From: the human T2T-CHM13v2.0 reference genome, Homo sapiens
Length of the DNA stretch: 64,000 nt
Assembly (NCBI RefSeq): GCF_009914755.1
Contig: NC_060925.1
Direction: 5' to 3' (one strand)
Every line of letters starts with the position of its first letter. Position 1 is the first letter of the stretch. The position numbers and the translations under genes are program-made. Shown piece after piece: positions 14,310 through 28,860 of this stretch. Under the pieces are notes generated by a model. It worked only from the letters and a program-made list of their open reading frames with translations, had not been told where the DNA came from and ran no database searches.

Positions 14310-17300
14310 ACTACAAACAACTGAATTGTACACTGGTAAATAAAAATGGTCCCTGAGTGTAGGGCTGATTGCCTGTTCTGTGACCAACCTCCTCAAAGCC
14401 TCCTAGGGAGGAACATGCAAGTACTTCAACCTGCTTCTTGATAGCAACAGGACCTCTGCTGGCTGCCAGGACAGCAGAGATCAACAGGATACTGCCCTCC
14501 CCTGGAAGAGTTTACTGTCTAGTAGAGAAGACAGCCACACTGTGTGCTAGGTATCCTAACAACAAGTAGCAGCAGAAGTGACCAATCTCCCTGAGCAAAG
14601 GACAGCGAGGGTCAGGGAGGGTGCTGGTCTTAAATGAACCTTGAAGGAGAAGCAAGAGTTGACCAGGTCGGTTGGGTGGCAAGGGTAGGATGGGAAGGAG
14701 GGCACTGCAGAGAGAGACAGAAGAGTAACTGCAAAGTTCCTGGAGGTGAGGAACAGCATGGCAGGCTGGAGGCTGGGGTATGAGATAGGGAGAGGGGGGA
14801 GATGGGACTGGAAAGGTGAGGAAGCATCACAGGTTGAAGGACCTTGGATACCAGGCTGTCATATATTCACTGTTCCAGGAAAGAATTGCAGTGATTATAC
14901 ATGTGAGTTAATTGACTGCATGACACATCAGTGAACTTTGCATGTTAGGAGGAGTCACTGTGGTGGCAGTATGATGGGGTACAGCAGGGGTGAAACTGGA
15001 GGCAGGGAGGCAGGTGAAGAGGTCTACATTCCCCATTGGAGCAGTCACTGAAGTCAGAAGCTGGGGGTTCCTGCTGGTGTTCTCCTCCTTCCTCCCCGAC
15101 ATCTAATCTGCCTCTGAGACCCAGTCGCTAAACCTGTGTGGTATTATTCATGTTTGACTCTACTTTGCCCACATTGCTGGAGTCTTGACTCAGGCCCTCA
15201 CAATCTCTAGGCTGGCAGAGTTGCCCACGCTCTAGGCAGTGCCATCAACGGATCTTTATCAAATGCAAACAAGTCACTGCTTGCATTCACTCCCCAAATG
15301 AAGTCTAAACTTTTCAGTAGAGCCCACTGAGCCCACCAGAGTGGCTCCCTTTGGCCTCCGTGAACTCTTTGGTCTAGGCTGATGAAGTCCACAAGCTCTA
15401 TTTGGATGGAGGACCTGAATAAACATCCTCGCTGTGACATCTTTTGTGACATACCTCCCCTCCCCAGGTAGAACTGACACTGCCCTCCTTTGTGTCTGCA
15501 TTACAATGTGAATAGATTTCTACTATAGCATGTGTAACATGTTATTAAAATCATGTCTATTTCCTCCACAAGACTAAGAGCTCCTTGGCAGCAGGGACCT
15601 TGTCTTATATCTGCACATCAAGTACCTAGTATACTGTTTGGCACATTATAGATGCTTAACGTTTATTGAATTAATGGATGGCTGGACAATCAAATGAATG
15701 GAAGCAGATTATTGCTTTCCATGCAAATTACTATAAGCGTCTGAATCAAGGGAGAATGAGTACAAATGAAGAGGAGGATGTTCATTGCAGAGCTATTTAG
15801 GAAAAGGAATAGTTGATTAGGCAAGATGCTAGAAATAGGAGAAGAAGGGATCAGGGTCACAGATGGAAGACTGACCCCTACCTGTTGCTATAAAGGACAC
15901 ATCAAACATTTCATGGACCCGTTGGTTTCACACAGGACCACTAAGGAAGGGTTGCAGGAGAGGCCCTCTACAAGACCCTCTGCTCAAGCTTCACTCTTCT
16001 CTCCAAGGTGCTGTTGGGGTGGGAGGTGCCAACCTGATTGAAAGATGCCAGGCTGAATGGACCCATGGCAGGGAGTAGGGTGCTGGTGAGAGGATGGACT
16101 ACAATTGTGGGGAGGAGGCTTGACTGGTTCCACAAATAGAGGAAGTAGCTAGAAAGGTGGGAGGGCATTATCCATGTCCTTGGTTAGAGCTTCCTTCCAT
16201 ATTCCAGACAGAGAAGGACCTCCTGCTTCCTGGGAAGTGAGGATTTGGAGGCAGCAGCACTGGGAACATGTCATCATGGACAACTAGATACCTTACCTGG
16301 GGCCTGGCAGGTGGGCAGGAGGGGGCTGAGTGGGCCAGCATGTAGCAGATTCAACAACATTGAGAACATGTAAGTCTACTCTTTCTGGTCTTCTCCCTTC
16401 TTCCCACCCTTGAGTCTTGGCTGCTTTGTTTGGGCTGCAGAGTCCACTCACCGAAGAATAAAACATTTGGATGTTTTAAGCTATAGCAGTCATTTGTGGT
16501 AGACCATGATGAAGTCGACCACAACATGACATATACAAAAATATGCACATAATCTCAAATACACAGCCTCAATCCCCTAGCAGGCTAGAGGCAGTCTCAA
16601 TGGGGAAGGCCTCCAAGGTTCTAGTGTAAGTCTAAGTTTAAATGCTCTTATACTGCTTGAGTGAACCCAATAAGTCCAGTCCAACTGGCATATTTGATAT
16701 TCAAAGTAATCTTACAGTGAATCTTTTCTGCAAAGCAAATAATTATCTTGTAATACGAGTCATCATCCCTCCTTTTCATTTTGTGTGCTCTGGCTTGCTT
16801 GTCTGTGGCATTATACGGTTGTGTGTTTATGCAAGCATCACCCTTCCTGGCCTGAGATCTGCTCTTCTCTGTATTCCTAGTGCCTAGCATAGTTCCTGGC
16901 ACATGAATGAGGGGAGATATAAAAAGAGATGGAGGGCGAAAGGGGAGATATGCCTGAAGACCAGGTCAAAGGCAAAGGGAGAGGAAGACCCTAGAGGTTC
17001 CATAAAGGCTACTGTTTCGGTCTGTCCACTTGCAGAGGGTCCACTTAGACCCTCCATTGTATAACAGTGTTAAAGATCCTGTGAAAATGTAGTCGTCTAG
17101 GGGAAAAGCATCTGTGGCCTTTAACACTTCCCACCATGCTGGTTCACACTTTCACCCTTGCACGTGCTCAGTCTAGAATGTCAACCTCCCTTCCTCTCCC
17201 TCCTGTTGGTGAATTCTAATCCATTCTTCCAAGTCTCAATTGAAATATCACCTCCCATGCAAAACATTCTCATATCCTCCCAACATTTTGCACTTAACTC

Positions 17301-17961
17301 TTTTTACAGTGCTTCTCTTACATTATACTTATCTGTTTATGTGTCTATTCTCCATGCTGGAGTATGGGCCCTGACAAGGGCAGTGAACAGGTTTTATTCT
17401 TCATTTATTTCTCTGCCTCCACAAATACCCAGACATACATGTGCACCAATTTTGGCATGTGGGGCTTGGTAGGCATGTATGTGTTTTTCCAGTGGAGGTT
17501 TTGTTCTTACAAGATTAGCCAGTGCTGGCACAGACACGTTGAGGTTGTGGGACATGGGGAAGGGGGTGGAGAGAGAGACAGATCTGGTTTTGGAAAGGTA
17601 GGAGGCAGGACGAAGCAGTATGGGGGAACTCACATTAGCAGGGAGATGGGTGGTAAGAGATGAAAAGGCCAAACAGAACAACCAATTTTGCCTATTTTGC
17701 ACTTCTGCCTCAGATCACTGTCTCTTGTCCTGTGACACATGTGTAAAGATTCTAGAGAACCTCTGATGACATTCTGGAAGAATCACAGGTTTAAGAAGAT
17801 GCAAGTTCATTATTGCATTCTTTATCAGTGAGAGCAATGGGTGTTCTTTATCTTACTATGTCTTTTGACATTCCTCCAGTAAAGGGAGAATGAGCCCCAT
17901 TTTACCTATAGGGAAACTGAGACCTAAAGTGGGTGGGAGACTCATTTGAGTCTTGGCGTTA

Positions 17962-18549
<588 letters not shown>

Positions 18550-19247
18550 CTATTGTGGCAGAAACCATGCTTCCTCTCTTCCCTCAAAGCCCACGTCCTC
18601 AAGGAAGCTGTCTCAGCCACGGACCCTGGGTTCTGATGGATTCACCAGTCAGGATTTCCTCATTTCTATGCTCAGTTGAGGGTATATTAAGGAACATCCA
18701 TTTCTCTGTTGCTATATGTAAATGATTTCTGCTTTTAATAGTTTTCAGGCCTAAGGTCTGCATTTTCTATTTCTTTTGTTTGACCCCGTAGCATTTTTGC
18801 TAGCAGGAGCGTTCTTTTCATTTTGCTTATTGAGACATTCTGATAAGATGGTGTAATATGGAGAAGTCACTTTAAATGTATGTTTAAAAGCTGAGTTATG
18901 ACCTGCTTAAACATACGCTGTTGAAATGGGCTGGAAAAGGAAACAGATTTATGCAGAGCTCCCACTCTACGGCGCTATACATGTGTTCTCTCTCATTTGT
19001 TATTCACAGGAGTCTTACAGGTGGGTATAATTATCTGCATTTTACAACGGAGAGCATTGATTTGGGAAGGTTAAATAAATTGTTCCAAACTTACACAATT
19101 TTCACATGATAGAAGTGGAATTCAAAGGTGTCTCTAATCCTCTTCCACTGAACCTCTTGCTGTAACAGGCAAGGATCCTCTGCCAGGCAGCCTTGAGCCC
19201 AGACGAGGGGAAACCTGACTATACTCCGTGCATGATTTTCCCCAATA

Positions 19248-19970
<723 letters not shown>

Positions 19971-20026
19971 TTTTAAAACAGTCTTAAGAGCACATTCTTT
20001 GTATCTCGTGAGCAAGCAGAAGCTCA

Positions 20027-20278
<252 letters not shown>

Positions 20279-21399
20279 TCAGCATGGCCTTATGTTGAAC
20301 AACACCTCCTTACCCCACAACCCACACTCCTGGAGTTTAGCACTGGTAACAACTATCAGAGGCACAGTGAGTTATCAGATGCAAGGAAGATGGCAGAGGG
20401 AAGCTATCAACTGAGCAAGTTATCTCGTTTTCCCTTGATGTCAGTTCTATGCTCAGCCCATCTTTAGTGTGAATCTAGTCTTTGGGAACTCATTGCTATT
20501 CTAATCTTTCCAGTGGAGATTTGTTCTTGTTCCCGCAATGCCCATATAGCACCAGCTTACTCTTTAGCAGCCTGGGGAGGCCAGGTTTGGGTTGCCTGCT
20601 TGTCAAACCATCTGTTTCTTCAGAGAGACAGGCTGAAAGCATTCATCTCTACATTGCTAAACCCTCAATCCTGTCCTTCCAGTAGATGAGACAGCCATCC
20701 TCTCACCTGATCCCACCCCACTGTGGCAGTAGCCTGTCTTGAGCACTCTGCTGGACATCATCCCTGGGATCCAGACACCAGCATGTCATGGTGACTTTTT
20801 CTTCCCCAAGCTCAGCCTCTGCCCCTTCCCTCCTAAAATGAGGGCTCCAGCTAGGGCCTGCTGGGCTTGCCAAGGGTGGAATCGTACAGGCATCTGGCTT
20901 CCCTCACTCCCATCTGTCCCCTGAACTTCTTAGTACCAGCAAAGACAACAATCATCAGAATAATGAACTGGCTCCCCAGGTTTCAAGGTTGCTGCTCCTT
21001 TCCAGATAATTGTACAAATAACAACAGAAGTTGTGATTGAGTGAAAGACCCCCTGGTGCTTTTGTAAATATCAAAGATGGCATCTCTGAGTGGGTGATGA
21101 ATATTTGTGCATGGCACACAATGTGATGCCAGCTGCCAGCAAATTGGCACAATATTTCCATTGTACTATTTATGAAGCAAAGCTTTCTAAAAGAAGCCAT
21201 CCTTCAAACTAACAGTGTTGTATATTACAGAGATTTGTTTAGGCTCCTGGGAGCCTGAAGTCTGTTTCCAGATCCTTGTGTAATTGCTGTGTATCACTGA
21301 TAGACTGAGTGAATTCTGGGGTTCCAACAGACATCAAGATAATACAAGTTCAAAGAGTTTAGCTTAAATTGTTACAAAAATATTTTTAATCACCGAAAC

Positions 21400-21935
21400 A
21401 TATGGAAATCAATGGACCAAGGCATTTATCATCAATGGACTAGGAATCATCAATTGCAATAAGAAATAATAATCATCAATTGCAGTAAGAAAGACAATCA
21501 GACACCATGTGTTTCTTTAATAAAAGATATACCATCACCCATGGAGTTATCTTGCCCAAAAAATCAGACCTGATCAGATCAAGCCACTGGATCCAATTTC
21601 CAACTTACAGGCAATAAATACCGAGGACAGAGGAACATACGAAATGATACCCTGTGAGTGCATTCAGCAAAATCCAGAGTGGAAAGTTCCACTGAACAAA
21701 TGATCTGATTTCCTCAACAAGTAAGTTACAAGGGGGAAAAGAAAAGAGATGGAGGGAGAAACCTACAGATTAAAAAACACATCAGACAATGAATCTAATG
21801 TGTGGACCTTATTGAATCCTGATTCAAATAAACTATAAATTTAAAAAATATTATGACATCTATGAGATAATTGGAAATTTAAACCCTCACTGGATATATG
21901 ATGCTATTAAGAAATTATGGTTAATTAATAAAAAG
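21400..21935 (+). mobile_element. L1MC-type 3' fragment
   Basis: aatgtgtggaccttattgaatcctgattcaaa...attggaaatttaaac...atgatgctattaagaaatt. Confidence 0.6.
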
Positions 21936-24179
21936 TATGATGGGAACAGGATATTTTCCTTAATTTCCAAGCATAATTCATCCTAATTCATCAAGAACAA
22001 AAATGTTACTTGCATCATTACAATATTAATTGCAGAAAAACTTATAAAACAGAAATGTGCAAATAACTTTCAGAACTTACAACATGTTGGTAAGTGTCCT
22101 TCTAGCCTTTATTCTATGCATTTATTTCCTTGCATAAATTTATGTTTTTATAATTTTTTATAACAATAAGATCGAATTATAGATACTATAGGGCAAACTG
22201 CTCTTTCACTTAATATAATGTGTATATTTTTAAAGTCATTAAATATTTTTTCCATAACAGCATTTAAATGGTGGCAGGAATTTCTATAATAAAAATTAAC
22301 CCAATCTGCAAGATAATTATTTACATATCAGCGCCCAAAATATATGCTCTGGCACATAAGGCTCACTCAGTAAATGTATGATAAATAAACCAATATTTTC
22401 CTCTAGAATTCATGTCGTTAAATCTACCTGGAATTTATTTTGGGATATGATATACAATTCTACCTTAACTCCCTGATAGATTAGTCATTTAACCAAACTC
22501 TGTTTGTAAATATTCCACACACTACTAATTTCAAATCAGTCTTTATCACATATATAATTAACATATAATTATATACATTTGGTTTTGTTTGTCAACTTTC
22601 TATTCTATTGCATTTGTCTATTTGTCTATTCCTGTGCATGACCCACACTGTTTTAGCTACTGTAGCTTTACAATATATTTAAATAATTAGTAGGAAAAGT
22701 CCTCATTTGTCTTCTTTTAACTTAAACAAAATTCTCCCAGATGTACTCTTCTAAACTCAAGAATTTTCCTGAATTATAAAAAGTAAAACAAAAAACTCCC
22801 CAACAAAACTTGTGTAATTCTGACTGAGCTACATTAAATGTATAGACGGATTTGAGAAAAATCTATCTATGTGATATTGAGTCTTCCAATCCATATACAT
22901 GGTGTCTAGCTCCATTTAATCAAAATGTCTTTTATGTCTCTCACTACCATTCTGTTCTTATTCCTGGGTATTTTTATATTTTTGATTGCTATTGGGAATT
23001 GGGCCTTTGTATACATTTATTTCCTAACAGAATATTGCTTGATGGTCCAATTCATCATTATGTGCAGGTGATTGAGAAATCCAAGAGAATCTATGCACAT
23101 CCATTACATCCAATAAAGCAGGTCAGCAAGATGGCTGGTTTCAAAATGAATATGCTAAGCAGAAAGCTTTCTATACACAATTACAAACAATGTAAGCATA
23201 ATTTCTATGAATATTCCTGCATGTCCGCTTGCACACGTGTGCTTGAGTTTCTCTAGAGCATACATCTAGCATGGAAAAGCTGGTTGTGGGGATGACACAT
23301 CTTCAATTTGGTTAGATATTACCAGATTGCTCTTTGAAAAGGAATAGCAATTTGCTCTCTCACCAGCAACGTCTGACAGCTTTCATTGCTTTATATCCTT
23401 GCTGATACTTGGTATTTTAGGGCATTATGATGTTTTCCAATTTGATGAGTGTAAAGTGGTATCTCACTTTAATATGTAAATCCTTGATCGCCATTGAAGT
23501 TGAGCATCTTTTTATGTTTATCAACAGTTCTTACTTCCTTTTCTGTGAATTGCCTGCCTTTTCATACCCTCTGTGCATCCATGAGAATGAAATCTCCCTG
23601 CATTTATTTTAGTTACATCAATATCAAAATAAAATTTTATCTTCTCTCAGTTAAGATCATGCACATTTTGGAGGGCTTATTTCTAGGTGTCTTACAGTTT
23701 TTGTTTCTATTATAAATGAGACTTTCCCTCCTGATTGCAAGTTTTATTTGGTTATAGAAACACCAGAAGCTTTGTGAATTTTCTTATTGATTTTGAGTTT
23801 ATTAGTTGATTGTTTTGTATTTTTGAAACAAAAGTCACAATTTTCTATATTCCTTTCTAATTTTTATAGTTCCTTTTTTTCTTTTTCTGGTATAAATGTA
23901 ATGGTTTGTCTCTTCAGTACAATGCTGCGTTCTATTGGTGATAGTAGAACTATTGATCTTGTTCTTGACTTTACTGAAAATCTTTAGGAAGTTTTGCCAT
24001 TAAGTATAATGTTTGCTATAGGCATTTGGTAGAAATATTTTTATCAAGTTAGGAAAGTTCTATTTGTAGTTTTATGAGATGTTTTCAAAAATCATGAGTG
24101 GGTGTTGAACTTAATCACATGATGTTTTGGGGTGTATTAGCAGGATAATGTCTTTTTCTTTGCTAATCTGTTTATAGGC

Positions 24180-24260
24180 TATTAGGTTGAGCCATGAAAT
24201 TGCCAATATTTTAACAGTTTTGACCTACAAAAATAGCAATTTCATATGGTTTGTCTAACA
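24180..24260. mobile_element. MADE2-like mariner MITE (~80-bp imperfect palindrome)
   Basis: tattaggttgagccatgaaattgcc...gcaatttcatatggtttgtctaa with terminal inverted repeats. Confidence 0.8.
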
Positions 24261-24329
24261 AATAACATTATGAGCTTTTCTAATTTTGACACATCCTCAC
24301 ATTCCTGGAATCAAACCTACTTGGTCGTC

Positions 24330-24566
<237 letters not shown>

Positions 24567-24664
24567 TCTTTGTTTTAATACATAGCCAAATTCAATCAGA
24601 TTTATACTCAAAATTTTTAGATCTGTGATCAAAAGTGAGACTGCCCTAATAGTTTCTGATTTCT

Positions 24665-25012
24665 GTTCTTTTTAAAATTTTTATTTTAAATTATAAATTG
24701 ATAAATTATAGCTGAATATATTCATGCAGTAGAAAGTATGTTATGATTTATGAATACAATGTGGAATTAGTAAATCAAACTAACATAACCATCACCTCAA
24801 ATACTTATCTTTTTCTGTGGTGAGAACATTTGAAATTTACTCTTTTAGTGATTTTGAAATGTATGATACATTATTATTTGCTATATTCACTGTAACGTGC
24901 AATACATCTCAAAGGAAAAAGAAACCCTTAATTCTTCTGTCTAATTGATGCTTTCTATACTTTGACCATTATCTCCCCATTCCCTCAATCCCCTGGTAAC
25001 CATAATTTTACT
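24665..25012 (-). mobile_element. L1MA-type 3' end
   Basis: ccatcacctcaaatacttatcttttt...gtgagaacatttgaaatttactct. Confidence 0.75.
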
Positions 25013-25320
25013 CGTTGATACCAAAGTTTCTACTTGCCTCATTAAGAAAAAATGAGTTGGGAGATGGTTCTTTATTTTTCTCTCTTCTGAAGAGTTTATT
25101 GCAGGGATTAATTGCTTCTTGAAGTTTTGTTAAGCTTACCTGTAAAATAGTTAAGGCCTGGGGCTTTTGAGAGAGGATACGGGGGAATCATAATTTTTTA
25201 ATGGTCATTGTTTTTTTTTCAGATTTTTTTTAATATTAGTACTTTTTATCTATAAAAATTTCCATTTCATCTGAGCTTTCAGATTTCTTGGCTTACAGTT
25301 GTTCCTAAACATTCCTTCTC

Positions 25321-25375
25321 TTTTTTGAAAAAGGGTCTCACTTTGTCACCCAGGCTGGAGTGCAGTGGCGTGATC
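25321..25375 (-). mobile_element. Very short 5'-truncated Alu with TSD
   Basis: gggtctcactttgtcacccaggctggagtgcagtggcgtgatc flanked by cctaaacatt twice. Confidence 0.85.
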
Positions 25376-26336
25376 CCTAAACATTTTCTTATTTCCATAA
25401 TCTCTCCTATATCTTTGATTATGTCCCTTTTCAATTCCTAATATTACATATTTGTGGCTTCTTTATTCCTTGATCAGTTCTGCTAGTATTGTCTACTTTA
25501 TTATTTTAAAAAAAAAAAAACAGTTGGTTTGGTTGACAATTGCTATTGCTTTTTAGTTTTGTTTCTCTAGTCATTTCTGCCTTTATCTTTAAAAGTATCT
25601 TTCTCCTACTTTCTTCTGATTTATTATGTTACATTATTCAAGCTACCCAAATCTTTATTTATCGTTAAGTTAGGTGATATGTCACAGACTTACAGAGGTA
25701 TATTAAAATCTTCCATGATGGCTGTAACTTTATTAAATTTTTTTACATTTCCAGCGGTTTTTATTTAATTTATTCGTGCTATGTTATTTGGCACATAAAG
25801 TTTTACTGTGGATTGATTATCCATTTTATTAATATAAAATAATCCTCTTTTTCATTTCCTTATGAGATGTGGGAGAAATTCTCAAATTTATCTTTTAATA
25901 AACTGATTTCATTTTTCTGTGGTTTACCATCTTCCGTTCATTGCCTCCATTCCATTTTTTAATTGGGTGATCATGTTTTTCATCTCTATTCAATCTCTCC
26001 TCATCTCAGATTGCTCTGTTTTCATTATTGCCTATTTTTGTGTCATAAATATAATATTCTCTCAAATTCTCTTAAGAATACAAATTAGGAGCTTTTAAAG
26101 TATGTCTCTGTTCTTCGTTGCCTACAGAGGGGCAATTAGCTCTGATTCCGAAGACATGTCTTCTTCTTCTGATCTACTGAATATTTACACATATCCAGTT
26201 AATTTTCTTGTTGGCACACCACAACAGAGGGAAAATGGAAATTGGGAATGGAAACACTCAGCAGTCTCTAAGGGAGAGCAGAGGAGCTAAACTCAAAGAG
26301 GCCGTAGCAGGAGCATTTCCTACCCTGGTGCTAAAG

Positions 26337-26488
26337 AGTGTGTGTGTGTGTGCATGTACGTGTGTGTGTGTGTGCGTGCATGTGTTTGTGCGTGCGTGTG
26401 TATGTGTGTGTGCGTGTGTGCATTGTGTGCGTGTGCATGTGTGTGCATGTGTTTGTGTATGCGTGTGTGTGTGCACGTATGTGTGTGC
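26337..26488. repeat. Degenerate (TG)n microsatellite, ~150 bp
   Basis: Seen directly. Confidence 0.95.
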
Positions 26489-27238
26489 ACTACCTGGGCT
26501 CCTGCATCCTCTGTTAGTCCTCCCTGAACTCTGACCTAGGTTTTATGCCCCATGTCCCTCCTCCTTTCTTACCCTGACCACCTCAGAAAGACTCTCTCTG
26601 CTTATCTACTGAGCTGCCCACCTGACCCTGAAGCCAGAACCCTGACGGTGCCGTTGAGTGTGCACACCTGCTGACTATGTCTTAGGTGCTATTCTGAATC
26701 TAGACCCCCTTAGTGAGGAAGCATGGGCACTGGCCATACTCCATATGACCTCCAGCAACCTGGGAGCCATTTCTGCTGGCTCTATCAGGTCACTTGCACA
26801 GAACCACTGCTTATACTCCCTTCAAAACCTGAAAATTGTAAACTATGCCTCAAAGCTGGCTTTTTGTGCTAATGGCCTTCATCCAAGAAAGCCTCTGCAT
26901 TGCCCAGCTTGCGTTACTCCATCTGTACCTCTACAGAGAGGAGGTCCCTCTGGTGCTGCTGTACTGATTGCACCCTCTGAGACTCAAATGGATGGAGGGA
27001 AGTGAAGGTCAAGGGTGATGCCTAAAGACATGGTTATTGGAAGGGCATAAAACCCTTGTCTTGTATTCTCTTGTTGGGAGACACACACTGTTTTTATGTG
27101 GGGTTGGAAAGCAGAGCTTAAGAAGCCAATGAGATTGTTCTATCCCATTTCAGGCACATCCAGTCCCAGCCAGTGATCTCATGAGTGAATCTTCTTGGGT
27201 TCAAAAAGGATTAGGTAAGAGTGAGAAATGCATTTCAA

Positions 27239-27259
27239 ACACGCACGCGTGCACACGCG

Positions 27260-27306
<47 letters not shown>
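27239..27306. repeat. (CG)n(CA)n alternating purine-pyrimidine microsatellite
   Basis: acacgcacgcgtgcacacgcgcgcgcgcgcacacaca... Confidence 0.95.
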
Positions 27307-27307
<1 letters not shown>

Positions 27308-28008
27308 ATACACCCCAGAGGACATATGCCCCAGGGGGTTGGCCAAGAGTATCCATCATCTGTACATAAAAAGGACAGCACATTTATCACATCTGGAGAT
27401 AATCTGAAAGCATGGAAATTTAATGGTTTATCTTTGGATTTTCCAGAGTAGTGGGCTCTGGTTCAACTTTTTCCAATGTAAGGACTTCTCTGGCTACAAG
27501 GAATAAAACTATATTAGAAAAAGCTAAAAAAATTCCTTGGCCTAGAATGAAAATGAACATGCTTTGTATGAGGCTTTCCTTATCATTCATTTTATTAAGG
27601 CAGCTCTTTAATAAATTCTCCACGCTCAACTCTGTGATTACACAGACATACACCACACATTATTGGAGGTACTCAATCACATATTCTTTGTATTTATGCA
27701 AAGAAACATAAGACATATATGCTCAGTGTCTTAACAAATCCCTCTCTATGACCTTCTCTGTAATCCAAGTCCTATCATTTCTTTCCCTTACATATGTCTC
27801 AAACTCACTTTCTTTAACCCCACTGCCACACCAGGCCATCATCGTAGTACACTGAAGCTACTGCAATAGCCTGTTATTCAACCAAAACATACACAATGCA
27901 CAAGTGCACATACACACAATATGCTGACACAGGTGTGCACAGACACAGATCCCCAAAACCAAATAAATACATGGACACCGATTCACACACAGGTGGAAAC
28001 ATATTTAA

Positions 28009-28386
<378 letters not shown>

Positions 28387-28629
28387 GCTAAATTATTATC
28401 TTTTATTATGCAGTCAACCCATACTCAATTACACATGCATTTGATAGCAGGCAGCTTCTAAACAAACTCTAAAACCATATTCTTAGATACCCATATACCC
28501 CTCTCTTTTGGTCCTCTCTTTCTCCCAGATGAGTGAGGACAGTATTTTGGGACTCAGGAAGGAAGGAGAAAGTTTGGATCATTCACACAGAGACAAAGGA
28601 GTGAGTATTGACTAGACTATTGCATACTA

Positions 28630-28860
<231 letters not shown>

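Noticed and set aside
16506-16600. Box C motif ATGATGA suggesting a C/D snoRNA
   Set aside because: Antisense to the host gene, with no CTGA box D or terminal stem at a suitable distance
26208-27451. Cys-Val and His-Thr repeat ORFs
   Set aside because: Translations of (TG)/(CA) microsatellites
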